64,000 nucleotides of DNA from an uncultured Verrucomicrobiae bacterium (GCA_963810765.1 CAWEOV010000024.1:345906-409905); one strand, 5' to 3'; shown: positions 40,554-50,335, numbered from the stretch's first letter. The notes: a model not told the origin generated them from the letters alone. Numbers and translations are program-made.

Positions 40554-41120
40554 TTGAAAAGACTCCCACACTTGCTAACTGTGGCTTCCGCGGCAGCGGT
40601 CATTGCCCTCGCTGCGACCAATGCAGTTCGTGCTGCCGACAAGGAAACGTTGGATCCTGCCCCGGATAGCGCAGAAAGGGGGCCGATCCTTCTCGTTCAG
40701 ATCGCCGCTTTCCGGGGAGCGAAAGGCAGTGAGACAGCGAATGTAAACGTAGATAGTAAAGGGGTTATCTTAAATGGGTACGATGCCGTCGCCTTCTTCA
40801 AGCAACGAAAGCCAGTCAAAGGGAATTCCGGAATCGAGAGCACATATCAAGGCGCAACATACTTATTTGCCTCGACAGCGGATAAAGCCGATTTTGACAA
40901 GGATCCCGCAAAGTATGCCCCGCAGTATGGCGGATTTTGTGCCTACGGGGTAGTTAACGGAATACTGAGCAACATCGAAGGTAATCCGGACGCCTTCGCT
41001 GTTTACAAGGGCAAGCTTTATCTCTGCGGGAATCAGGCCGCGTTAAGAGGTTTCAGGAGTAATATCGATAGCAATATCGAAAAGGCAGATACGTATTGGC
41101 GTCAGTTAACTGGGTCTTAG
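40554..41120 (+). CDS. secreted YHS-domain protein
   Basis: TTG 40554 lies 8 nt after GGAGG. Signal peptide LKRLPHLLTVASAAAVIALAATNAVRA. GYDAVAFF...ATYLFAS...YGGFCAYGV...GKLYLC is typical of YHS-domain proteins. Confidence 0.72.
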   Translation: MKRLPHLLTVASAAAVIALAATNAVRAADKETLDPAPDSAERGPILLVQIAAFRGAKGSETANVNVDSKGVILNGYDAVAFFKQRKPVKGNSGIESTYQGATYLFASTADKADFDKDPAKYAPQYGGFCAYGVVNGILSNIEGNPDAFAVYKGKLYLCGNQAALRGFRSNIDSNIEKADTYWRQLTGS

Positions 41121-41133
41121 CCCCAGAGAATCC

Positions 41134-41153
41134 ATGACAACAATTGTTGTCAT
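41134..41153. other. perfect 20-bp palindrome ATGACAACAATTGTTGTCAT (weak terminator or operator)
   Basis: Lies 14 nt after the YHS stop and is followed by TTCT. A related palindrome, TTGTTGCCAATGGGCAACAA, lies at 41194-41213 and shares the CAACAATTG core. Confidence 0.4.
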
Positions 41154-41298
41154 TTCTACTCTGTAAACCGCATGAATAAAGGCTCTGCGGACCTTGTTGC
41201 CAATGGGCAACAATTGCAGTTTGTGCCATTCTTTTGCAGAAAAGTTGTCACACGGACTAATGGCTTGTAGGTCGCCTCAGCAATGGCTGAATGGTAAA

Positions 41299-41478
41299 AT
41301 GAACGCGGAATTATCCACTGCCGTAAAAGCCTTTAGGGAAAATTTGAAACTCATCCATTCTCAACAAGACCCCGTGATGTATAACCTGAACGCCGGGATG
41401 CTTGCTCTTGCCCAAGGAATAGCCAAGCTAGAGACTCGCATCCAACAATTAGAAGCAGCCAATCGTAAACGGCACTAG
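41299..41478 (+). CDS. small hypothetical coiled-coil protein (weak call)
   Basis: 59-aa ORF MNAELSTAVKAFRENLKLIH...LETRIQQLEAANRKRH inside the AT-richer island. No homology was recognised. Confidence 0.3.
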   Translation: MNAELSTAVKAFRENLKLIHSQQDPVMYNLNAGMLALAQGIAKLETRIQQLEAANRKRH

Positions 41479-42280
41479 CTCTTGACAGATTCCCGCGATT
41501 CTGCCCGCGTTCGGCCCGTTGCCGATGTTCTCGGCAATCTGAAACGTTGAGGTGACGCGTCGCCCATTCGCGCTGGTTGGGTATCTCTCCTTGCTTCTTT
41601 GTTTAAATCGCCGATACTCTACCTTGTCCGCTGCCGGTTACGGGGTGGGTCGCAAATCTTTATTCTGGGCTCACGGCCCTAGGTTGCGAATCCACCATGA
41701 ACATTGAAGGACAGACGGGCGCCCTATCGAGCGCCGAAAGAGATCGTGAACCTTGGGAGCCGTGCAGCATGCGGGAGGAAGTCGGTATGACCGTATTTTA
41801 CATCGCAGAGCGGCTTTGTTATCGCGTCGCTTGTCTGCTGAGCGGAAATCGGCACCTTTTGGCGGTCGCCGAGTATTGGCGGGCGAAGAAAGAGCGGTTG
41901 GCACCCGTTCGTCGGGGACTGCGAGAGGAAGGGAGCGGCGCGCTGCTTGCTGTGCAAAAAGCCCGTAGCAACGGTCACGGTGGTACGAAACGTTAGGGCG
42001 CTAGAGACTTCTTTGACAGGCTCCCGCGGTTCTGCGCGCTCGACCCGGTTCGCGCAAATCGGCAGCCCGCCCCCCTAAAGAATCGACCCCCATCGACTAC
42101 GTTTTGAGGGCGGGCTGCCATGCACATTCACGGTTGACTCTACAATAGCGCACGCAGCTTGAAAATCGGGCCACGCCTAAAATTTGTGTAGGACGAAATC
42201 CTACTTTTCGACGTTGACTTCCATCGGGCGTTTCGTCTTCCTTCGCCTCGTCCGCTGCTGAGAACAGCGGGCCACGATTC

Positions 42281-42532
42281 TCATTCGCCAACGCGCAACA
42301 GGTGTTCCCATTGGCGATATTCGCCCTTGAATCCCATGCTCTCGGCAACTCGAAACGTCGAGATGAGGCATCGCTCGATTTGCTTGCCTCCCTTGCCTCC
42401 CCGCTCGCATACGAGCCGGTATTCCCTGCGGGATTGGTAAAGGTGTGCCGCAAATCGGTCTCGTTCACTTGATTCCAGTAGGACCAGCAGCTTCTCGAGC
42501 ATCTGTTGCGTCTCCTTGAGTGCTGTTGTCAT
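42281..42532 (-). CDS. hypothetical protein (island gene; degraded paralogous fragments at about 41445-41640 and about 41724-42060)
   Basis: 83-aa ORF. The tail ERCLISTFRVAESMG has nucleotide-level relatives at about 41530-41560 (RVTSTFQIAENIG). Confidence 0.4.
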   Translation of the reverse strand: MTTALKETQQMLEKLLVLLESSERDRFAAHLYQSRREYRLVCERGGKGGKQIERCLISTFRVAESMGFKGEYRQWEHLLRVGE

Positions 42533-42587
42533 AAATGAGTAGAGAGTTTAGTCGCCCGTGGGCCACTTATTTAAGCCGCACAATCAC

Positions 42588-42788
42588 CTAGCCCTTCGGT
42601 TCCGACTTCTCCCATTTCTCGCAGATGTCCTCGTATATCCTAATCGCGGAGCGAGTGACTATTCGATTTCCGCTTTGTTGTAATTTCGTTAACGGATCGC
42701 CGTCTCCGATGGCCTCGGTGTAGTGCCCGCTAGCGAGTAAGCCTGAGGTAATGATGCAGATGTTAGTGATGTCTTGTTCGTGTGTCAT
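42588..42788 (-). CDS. hypothetical small protein (island gene)
   Basis: 66-aa ORF whose start faces the iteron-like array about 50 bp upstream. No homology was recognised. Confidence 0.4.
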   Translation of the reverse strand: MTHEQDITNICIITSGLLASGHYTEAIGDGDPLTKLQQSGNRIVTRSAIRIYEDICEKWEKSEPKG

Positions 42789-42834
42789 AGGGTTATCGGG
42801 GTAGGGTATTTCAAAAACGGCGGCAGGGGAAGAG

Positions 42835-42970
42835 AACGTCCCCTGTTCGGAGCGTAAACGTTGCGTCCTTTTCTAACGTCCCTTCGCGCCTATCTATATA
42901 TAGGCGCAGGGACGTAGGGACGTAACGCGTTCCTGAGACGTAAAAAGGACGTAAAAGGACATAGGACGTA
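42835..42970. repeat. iteron-like array: 3 x ACGTCC (left), an AT-rich 8-bp-arm palindrome, 6 x GGAC(G/A)TA (right)
   Basis: ACGTCC or GCGTCC at 42836, 42863 and 42876. GCGCCTAT-CTATAT-ATAGGCGC at 42886-42907. GGACGTA-type units at 42910, 42918, 42936 (AGACGTA), 42947, 42957 (GGACATA) and 42964. Confidence 0.65.
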
Positions 42971-43478
42971 AACATGCTCATTTGGTCCAGAATCCGACTG
43001 ACGTTCTGTGAATGAGCTTTGCTTCACGAAGCTTATCGAAGCGCTTTCTCGAGCCTCCCCGCTTGAGTCCTTCGAGTTTTTCTATCCGCTTGTGAATATC
43101 CTCCCACGACAAGCCGCCGTTGTAGTCATGGGATATTGAAGATTTCGTTCGCCAGCTCAGACAGCACGCCCCTTTTTGCTTCGTTACGTTCTTTTGTCTC
43201 AGGGACGCAGGAGACGTGCATTTCGGCTAGCGAATCCCACTTGAAGCGCGGGCCGTCCTGCTTGGAAATGAACGCGTGGCGCGAGCTTGACGTGTAAACT
43301 GTGGTGACCTCGTTGGTGTCTTTTGAAAGCTCGATATTGCTCTCTGTTTTTCGGGCAAGCCGGGAGCCTAAATGACCGCGCGTCTTGCCCCAGAGTCGCC
43401 ATCGGGGTAACAATGTCGCTGCCGCATCTACCGTCGCTCGACTTCTTGCTATGACACGAACCGGCACCACGAATCTCC

Positions 43479-46167
43479 TCAAGCGATCCCGGGAGGCGGG
43501 ACTTGCTCAGTGGGATGGCCTGCAAGGTCTTCGATACAACGGGCGACGAGTGCGGTCCAGCCGGTTTGATGAGAGGCGCCAAGGCCACGTCCGTCGTCGC
43601 CGTGAAAGTATTCGTGAAAGAGGACTAGATCCTTCCAGTGCGGGTCCGCCCCGTGCAACCGGCAGCCTCCGTGGCAGGGCCTCTTTCCTGAAGCATCAGG
43701 AAGGAAGAGTCTGGCCAGACGGCGCGAAAGTTCACGGGCCACTTCAACAAGATTCATGCGGATGCCTGAGCCCGTCGGACACTCGACAGCAAACGTATCG
43801 CCGTAGAAGTGATGGTAGCGTTCAAGCGCTTCGAGCAGCAGGTAATTGATCGGGAACCAGATCGGACCGCGCCAATTGGAGTTCCCGCCGAACATCCAAG
43901 ATGGCGAGTCTCCTGCCGCGTATTCCACGGAGTAAGTCTGCCCGCCAATTTCGACGCTGAACGGGCTCTCTCTGTGGACGGCGGATAGCGAACGGACGCC
44001 ATGTGGGGAGAGAAACTCGGTTTCGTCCAGCACGCGGCGCAACAAACGCTCGAGGCGCTCACGGTTGGGAAGGGCGAGCAATGTGCTCATCTGCTCGTCA
44101 GAGCGCGCGCACCAGGTGATGAGCCGCGCGAGGTCCGGGCGATATTTAAGAAACCACTTCATGCGCTTTCCGAAATCCCTTGAGCTTTTCGACCTGGGAA
44201 TCCTCGAGCACCTCGACCGCGAGCATCGGAATGAGGCCGACCATCGAGCGAGTGCGCAGCACTTCGCGCGACCCGTTCACACGCAAGTGGTCGTAATAAA
44301 AGCCGTCCCTCTCATCCCAGAGACCCGTGCCGTCGAAATGGTTGATCGCATCAGCGATCGAAATGAAGTGCTCGAAAAACTTCGAAGCCATGTCCTCGTA
44401 GGCGGAATTCTCGTGGGAGAGCTCGAGCGCCATGGCCAGCATGGTCAGGCAGTAGAATCCCATCCACGCAGTGCCGTCGGCCTGCTGGAGATAGCCGCCG
44501 GTAGGAAGCGGCTTCGAGCGATCGAAGATGCCGATGTTGTCCAGGCCGAGAAATCCGCCAGAGAACAAATTGTGACCCTCGTGATCCTTGCGATTGACCC
44601 ACCACGTGAAATTGAGCAGCAGTTTTTGAAAAGCGCTCTCAAGAAATTCACGGTCGCGAGACTCGCCCCTGCCGGAAATCTTGTACACGCGCCATACCGC
44701 CCAGGCATGCACGGGCGGATTTACGTCCCCGAACTCCCACTCGTAGGCCGCCAGTTGACCGTTGGGGTGCATATACCATTCGCGCAGGAGGACTGTGAGC
44801 TGCTGTTTGGCGAAATACGGATCAATGCGCGCGTAGGGCACCATGTGAAAAGCGAGGTCCCAGGCTGCGAACCATGGGTATTCCCACTTGTCCGGCATCG
44901 AAAGAACGTCCTTCGCAAAAATGTGGAGCCACTGCGCATTGCGTCCAAATATCCGGCCCTCCGGCGGAGGCATCTCGTAGGGGTCGCCGGTCATCCAGTC
45001 CTCGACGACGAAATGGTAAAATTGCTTCGTCCAAACGAGCCCCGCATAAGCCTGGCGCGCCACGTTTTTCTGTTCCTGCGAAAGCGCCGCAGGGATCTTC
45101 TCCGCATAGAACTCATTCGCCTCGTCGATGCGGAGAGCGAAAATGTCATCAAAGCGCTCGCTATCGAACTGGCCAAACTTCTTCCCCCGGCGTGCAAGTT
45201 CCAGCTTCAGGACGTGTTCCCCGCCTGCCGGAATTTCGAGGCGATACAGGGCGGCCGTCTTGGTTCCATGATTGCGCGGATTGACCGCTCCCGCCTCCCC
45301 TTCGCAGAGCCAGCGATGAAAAGAATCCTTCACATAGGGGGAGTAGTTCGGCACACCGAAGCAAAATTCCTGATTAGTCTCGTTGTCGGTGAAAAGGAGG
45401 GCCGAGGGTTCGGATTCCATCAGCCATTCGTAATCGTCGAGCGTCTCGTGAGAACTCGCCACGCGCCCCGCTCCGGTTTTCCAAAGACGGGGCTTGAGCG
45501 TGCATCCTTCATGTTTGCATCCCCATGACCACGTATTGCGGAACCAAAGCGTTGGCAGGACATCGAGAGGGGCCGCTTTCGGACCGCGGTTCGCGATGGT
45601 GATGCGGATCGCAACGTCTTCGGGATTGTATTTCGCATACTCGACAAACACGTCGAAGTAGCTGTTGTCATCAAAGACGCCCGTCTCCGTGAGCTCGAAC
45701 TCCCTGCGATCTCTTCCACGCCGCGCATTTTCCTCAATCAGCGCGGAGTAGGGAAACGCTGCCTGCGGATACTTGTAGAGACCCTTCGCGTAGGAATGGG
45801 TCGGAGTGCCATCAAGGTAGTAGTAGCATTCTTTGACGTCCTCGCCGTGATTGCCCTCCGGACCAGCCAGCCCATAGAGCCGCTCCTTGATAAGCGGATC
45901 CTTTCGATTCCAGAGTGCAAGCGCGAATGCCAGCCGGCATTGCCTGTCGCACCATCCGAGTAATCCGTCCTCACCCCAGCGATAGGCACGCCTGCGGGCG
46001 AGGTCATGCGGGAAGTAGCGCCAGGCGTCGCCATCGGAAGAGTAATCTTCGCGCACAGTGCCCCACTGCCGCTCCGCAAGATAGGTGCCCCAACGCTTCC
46101 AATTCTTTTCCCGGCCATCCTCCTCAATTAAACGCTGCGCCTCAGCTGAGCTCACACCCACATTCAT
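43479..46167 (-). CDS. GH63-like glucosidase (MGH1 / yeast YMR196W-type), 1-nt frameshift at TTT 44167-44169
   Basis: WGTYLAERQWGTVREDYS...AYRWGEDGLLGWCD...ALWNRKDPLIKERLYGL...GNHGEDVKECYYYLDGTPTHSY is a strong family signature. ORFs 44146-46167 and 43479-44162 join as ...LKGFRK(R)MKWFLKYRPDL. Confidence 0.8.
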
Positions 46168-46304
46168 CGTAGCCCTAACTGAAGCAGATTGTCGGCCATG
46201 TTTCTACCCGCGCGCGAAGAGGAAGCTGATCGAGATCCGTATTTCCTCACGCGAAAGAGACACCGGAGAAAAGAACTTGGAGCGGCGCGGGTGTTGCATC
46301 CGAC

Positions 46305-46333
46305 TGGACAGCATGGACTCGGAGGCGTAAGAT
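46305..46333 (+). promoter_or_regulatory. candidate sigma70-type promoter giving a near-leaderless DJ-1/PfpI mRNA
   Basis: TGGACA (46305-46310), a 17-nt spacer, TAAGAT (46328-46333), then a GTG start at 46341 with no ribosome-binding site at normal spacing. Pattern match only. Confidence 0.3.
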
Positions 46334-46340
46334 AGTTGGC

Positions 46341-46922
46341 GTGAGCGCGAAAAACATTCTGATGATCACCGGCGACTTTGTGGAGGATTCCGAGAACATG
46401 GTACCCTTCCAGGCTCTGCAGATGGTCGGGCACAAAGTCTTGGCAGTTTGCCCTGATAAGCGCGCCGGTGACAAGATCCGGACCGCCATCCACGATTTTG
46501 AGGGCGACCAAACGTACACGGAAAAACCGGGACACAATTTCGCTCTCAATGCCACCTTCGCTGAGGTGAGTCCGGAGAATTTCGATGCGCTCGTTATTCC
46601 CGGGGGACGTGCTCCGGAATACTTGCGTCTGAACGCGGACGTGATCCGTTTCGTTCGCCACTTCGCGGATGCGGGCAAACCGATTGCAGCGATTTGCCAT
46701 GGGTTGCAGATTCTTTCTGCTGCGGGTGCCTTAAAGGGGCGCAAGTGTGCCGCCTACTATGCGTGCGGCCCCGAAGTTACGCTGGCCGGCGCTGAGTTCC
46801 AAAATATTGCAGTCGACGGCGCCTATGTGGATGGAAACCTTGTGACAGCCGCCGCGTGGCCCGCTCATCCCGCCTGGCTCGCCCGCTTTCTCGAGGTGCT
46901 GGGAACCCGAATTTCTCTATAA
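46341..46922 (+). CDS. DJ-1/PfpI-family protein (PfpI-like intracellular protease/glyoxalase class)
   Basis: [15 protein letters not shown] and the nucleophile elbow AAICHG; full-length family match. Confidence 0.9.
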   Translation: MSAKNILMITGDFVEDSENMVPFQALQMVGHKVLAVCPDKRAGDKIRTAIHDFEGDQTYTEKPGHNFALNATFAEVSPENFDALVIPGGRAPEYLRLNADVIRFVRHFADAGKPIAAICHGLQILSAAGALKGRKCAAYYACGPEVTLAGAEFQNIAVDGAYVDGNLVTAAAWPAHPAWLARFLEVLGTRISL

Positions 46923-46998
46923 CGCGGAACGAGATCCTGGGAGGCGAGATTTCATGCGCAAAGCTGTGCTTAGCGACCGTTTTCAGATAATTTTGATC

Positions 46999-48546
46999 TC
47001 AAGTCTGGCGGGCGGCTACGAGATTGCGGCCGGTCATGTCAGCGGGCTGCTCGAGACCCAACAATGAAAGCAGGGTCGGCGCCACATCGGCGAGGATGCC
47101 GCTCCTGACATCGAAGTTTTTGGCCTGCTCCGCGACGTATAGGACGTGAACAAGGTATGTCGTGTGAGCGGTATTGGGTGATCCGTCGCGGTTGCGCATT
47201 TGCTCGCAATTGCCATGGTCGGCGGTGATGAGAAGATGTCCGCCGAGCGATAGGGTCTTTTCCACGACGGCTTTTACGCACTCATCAATCGTTTCCACGG
47301 CCTTGATACCTGCCTCGACAACTCCGGTGTGTCCGACCATGTCGGGATTTGCAAAATTCAGGATCACGAGATCGTACTTTGGCAGGGCCTCGACCACCTT
47401 TGCCGTCACTTCAGGCGCGCTCATCTCCGGCTTGTAGTCGTAGGTCGGCACGTCTTTGGGCGACGGCACAATGATCCGGTCTTCCCCGGGATACTGCTTT
47501 TCTATTCCGCCGTTGAAGAAGTACGTGACGTGCGGGTATTTTTCCGTCTCCGCGATGCGGAGCTGGGCGCGACCGGCCTTGCTCACGATTTCGCCGAGGA
47601 TATTGGCAAGCGACTGAGGCTCGAAAACCACCGGACAGCCATAGGTCTTGTCGTATTGGGTGAGCGTCACATAGTGCACGGCGGGGAAAACCTCCCGATC
47701 AAATCCGTTGAAATCCTTGTTCAGAAACGCGACGGACAGCTGGCGCGCCCGATCGGCGCGAAAGTTGAACCAAATGACCACGTCGCCGTCGCGCACGCGT
47801 TGCTCGTTTGCATGGGAAAAAATGATCGGCTCCAGAAACTCATCCCCGCGGGGCTCGTGCGTGTAGGCCTCCGCCACGGCTGCGGCCGGGGCGCGGTCGG
47901 ATTGGGCACCGCGTCCGAGGACGATGGCGTCCCAGGCGAGCTTGTTACGGTCCCAGCGTTGGTCGCGGTCCATCGCGTAGTAGCGGCCGACCACCGTCGC
48001 AATGCGCGCACCGGTCCTGCTGGTCTGAGCTGAGACCATCGCAAGGTAATCCGCACAGCCTGTCGGCGAGGTATCGCGGCCATCGGAGATCGCGTGAATC
48101 ATGATATCGTCCACGCCAGCTTCCTTGGCCGCTTTCGTAAGAGCGATGAGGTGGTTCTGGTGGCTATGGACTCCGCCATCAGATAAGAGCCCGAGGAAAT
48201 GCAACCGGTGGCCGCGAGCTTTCGCGAAGGCATCCTGCAAGACCTCGTTCGTCTTTAACTCTCCGTCGGCGATTGCCTTGTTGATGCGTGTGAGGTCCTG
48301 GTAAACGATGCGGCCCGCGCCGAGGTTGAGATGACCAACTTCCGAATTGCCCATCTGGCCGTCGGGCAAACCGACATCCATCCCGCTCGCGCTGAGCGTC
48401 GCCTGCGGATAGGTTGCGTAGAGGTAATCGTGAAACGGAGTCGTGGCAAGCAACGTGGCGTCGCCGTTTTCTTCGGCCTTGTCTCTCCCCCCCGGATTAA
48501 TTCCCCAACCATCGCGAATTATCAAAACAATCGGTTTCTTTGGCAT
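46999..48546 (-). CDS. gpmI: 2,3-bisphosphoglycerate-independent phosphoglycerate mutase
   Basis: VLIIRDGWG, MGNSEVGHLNLGAGR, SDGGVHSH, ADHGN; 515 aa. Confidence 0.95.
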   Translation of the reverse strand: MPKKPIVLIIRDGWGINPGGRDKAEENGDATLLATTPFHDYLYATYPQATLSASGMDVGLPDGQMGNSEVGHLNLGAGRIVYQDLTRINKAIADGELKTNEVLQDAFAKARGHRLHFLGLLSDGGVHSHQNHLIALTKAAKEAGVDDIMIHAISDGRDTSPTGCADYLAMVSAQTSRTGARIATVVGRYYAMDRDQRWDRNKLAWDAIVLGRGAQSDRAPAAAVAEAYTHEPRGDEFLEPIIFSHANEQRVRDGDVVIWFNFRADRARQLSVAFLNKDFNGFDREVFPAVHYVTLTQYDKTYGCPVVFEPQSLANILGEIVSKAGRAQLRIAETEKYPHVTYFFNGGIEKQYPGEDRIIVPSPKDVPTYDYKPEMSAPEVTAKVVEALPKYDLVILNFANPDMVGHTGVVEAGIKAVETIDECVKAVVEKTLSLGGHLLITADHGNCEQMRNRDGSPNTAHTTYLVHVLYVAEQAKNFDVRSGILADVAPTLLSLLGLEQPADMTGRNLVAARQT

Positions 48547-48764
48547 GACTCCACATTCGACTCAATAATCGCGGCAGACACCATAAAAATGAGTCCGAAA
48601 CGGACTTCCTTGCGACCTATCGAGCACCTCAACGTTTCGCTGCAGCAGGATATAGGAGCCGCGGAACCGTAGCCAGCGAGCCAACGGTGGTCAGATTCGG
48701 TTCGCTTTGAGTCTGCTATTGCACCGTCAGACCGATCCAGATCGCCACGATAAACGAGATGTTC

Positions 48765-49118
48765 TCAGGCATGGTGGTGTTGTTCTCTTCCGGGCCCGTA
48801 ATGAAGCACCCTCGCCTTTTCCAGGGTCACCAGTCCGCCATTCATCATTTCGTCGAGTACAGGTAGGAAGCCGTTGATTTTTTCCTCGGTGTCCACGATT
48901 TCCACGACTAGAGGCAAGTCCATGGAGAGCTGTATGATTTTGGCTGTATGGATTCGGCTGCTCGCTCCGTATCCCATTGGTCCACGCAACACGGTGGCTC
49001 CGGCCATTTGCAGTTCGCGAGCCTTTAGCACAATCGCCTCATAAAGGGGTCGGCGGCCGTGCCGGTCGCTTTCGCCAATAAATATTCTCAGCAGTATTGC
49101 GTCTTCGGGCAGTTCCAT
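48765..49118 (-). CDS. DUF190 (PII-like fold) domain protein
   Basis: LLRIFIGESDRHGRRPLYEAIV...AGATVLRGPMGYG...LPLVVEIVD. ATG 49118 lies 5 nt after the chrA stop. Confidence 0.8.
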   Translation of the reverse strand: MELPEDAILLRIFIGESDRHGRRPLYEAIVLKARELQMAGATVLRGPMGYGASSRIHTAKIIQLSMDLPLVVEIVDTEEKINGFLPVLDEMMNGGLVTLEKARVLHYGPGREQHHHA

Positions 49119-49123
49119 AACAA

Positions 49124-50335
49124 CTAGGTCCGCAGGAGAGCCGCTCCGCCAGCCGCGCAGAGCATCACGAGCAACCAAGGCGGCACCCTCCAGAATTGTA
49201 GCGCGCAGAAAGCCGCCAAGGCAAGGATCATAGCCTGAAGGGAATCAATCGCAGCCGTCCAGACCGGATGGTAAAATGCCGCCAGCAAGATTCCGACCAC
49301 TGCGGCATTGGCGCCGCTCAGCGCTGCCTGTGCGGAAGGATTCTGCCGCAGCTGTTGCCAATAGGGCAATGTCCCGAGCACAAGCAGCAGTGACGGTAGA
49401 AGGACAGCCGTGAGGCACCAGAGGCCCGCCGCCCATCCCGGCCCGTCAGGCATGATCACGGCGCCGAGATAGGCGGCAAAAGTAAAAAGCGGCCCCGGGA
49501 GCGCCTGCGCGGCTCCGTATCCTGCGAGGAATTCATCTCTGGTCAGCAGCCCACGGCCTACTGTCGCTGCGTCCAACAAGGGCAAGACGACATGTCCGCC
49601 TCCAAAAACCAGCGCCCCGGAGCGGTAAAAGCTGTTTGCGAGTTCAAGCCATTCGTTTCTTATCGACGCCGCGAGGAGAGGCAATCCCGCAAGCAGGGCG
49701 AAAAAAATACAGACACTCACGATTGCAAATGTTCCTCGGTGGATATGGCGGAGGTTGTTCGAGCCCGGACCGTCGCTCTGGTACGAGCGGCGATGAAAGC
49801 ATAACCAGCCCACGGCCATACCGGTGCCTATCACGACAATCTGCACCCACGCGCTTCGAAAACCGAGAACAATACAGGCCGCGATCAGAGCCATTGTGAC
49901 TCTTGTGCGATCCGGGCATAGCCGCACAGCCATGCTCCAAACCGCCTGCGCGACAACGGCTACGGCGGCGATCTTCAATCCATGCAACCAGGCGGAATCC
50001 GTGCGGATGAGTTTCAAACCATAAGCGCAGGCAATCATGATCAAGGCAGACGGAAGGGTAAAAGCAGCCCAAGCCGCAAACGCGCCCCACAGACCGGCCC
50101 GCATGTACCCGAGCGCGAAGCCGACCTGACTGCTCGCAGGTCCGGGCAAGAACTGGCAGAGCGCTACCAAATCTGCATAGGTGGCATCGGTCACCCATTT
50201 TCGCCGCGCCACACATTCCTCCCGAAAAAATCCGAGGTGTGCGACGGGTCCACCGAACGATGTGAGGCCAAGCTTGAGAAAGACGGTGAATGTTTCCCAG
50301 ATCTTAAGGAGACCGATCCGGTCGCTCATCTTCAA
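49124..50335 (-). CDS. chrA: chromate transporter (CHR family)
   Basis: LGLTSFGGPVAHLGFFREE.V.RRKW....YADLVALCQFLPGPASSQVGF and a duplicated second half GALVFGGGHVVLPLL. Confidence 0.9.
   Translation of the reverse strand: MKMSDRIGLLKIWETFTVFLKLGLTSFGGPVAHLGFFREECVARRKWVTDATYADLVALCQFLPGPASSQVGFALGYMRAGLWGAFAAWAAFTLPSALIMIACAYGLKLIRTDSAWLHGLKIAAVAVVAQAVWSMAVRLCPDRTRVTMALIAACIVLGFRSAWVQIVVIGTGMAVGWLCFHRRSYQSDGPGSNNLRHIHRGTFAIVSVCIFFALLAGLPLLAASIRNEWLELANSFYRSGALVFGGGHVVLPLLDAATVGRGLLTRDEFLAGYGAAQALPGPLFTFAAYLGAVIMPDGPGWAAGLWCLTAVLLPSLLLVLGTLPYWQQLRQNPSAQAALSGANAAVVGILLAAFYHPVWTAAIDSLQAMILALAAFCALQFWRVPPWLLVMLCAAGGAALLRT

Noticed and set aside
41664-41697. GGTTGCGAATCCACC, which resembles a tRNA T-arm/acceptor end and could be an att-site remnant
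   Set aside because: The flanking bases do not form a T-stem or acceptor stem, and no cloverleaf can be drawn.
44065-45528. 487-aa plus-strand ORF opposite the GH63-like gene
   Set aside because: It is antisense to a gene with an unmistakable family signature. Its sequence is Arg/Leu/Val-rich with no recognisable motifs.
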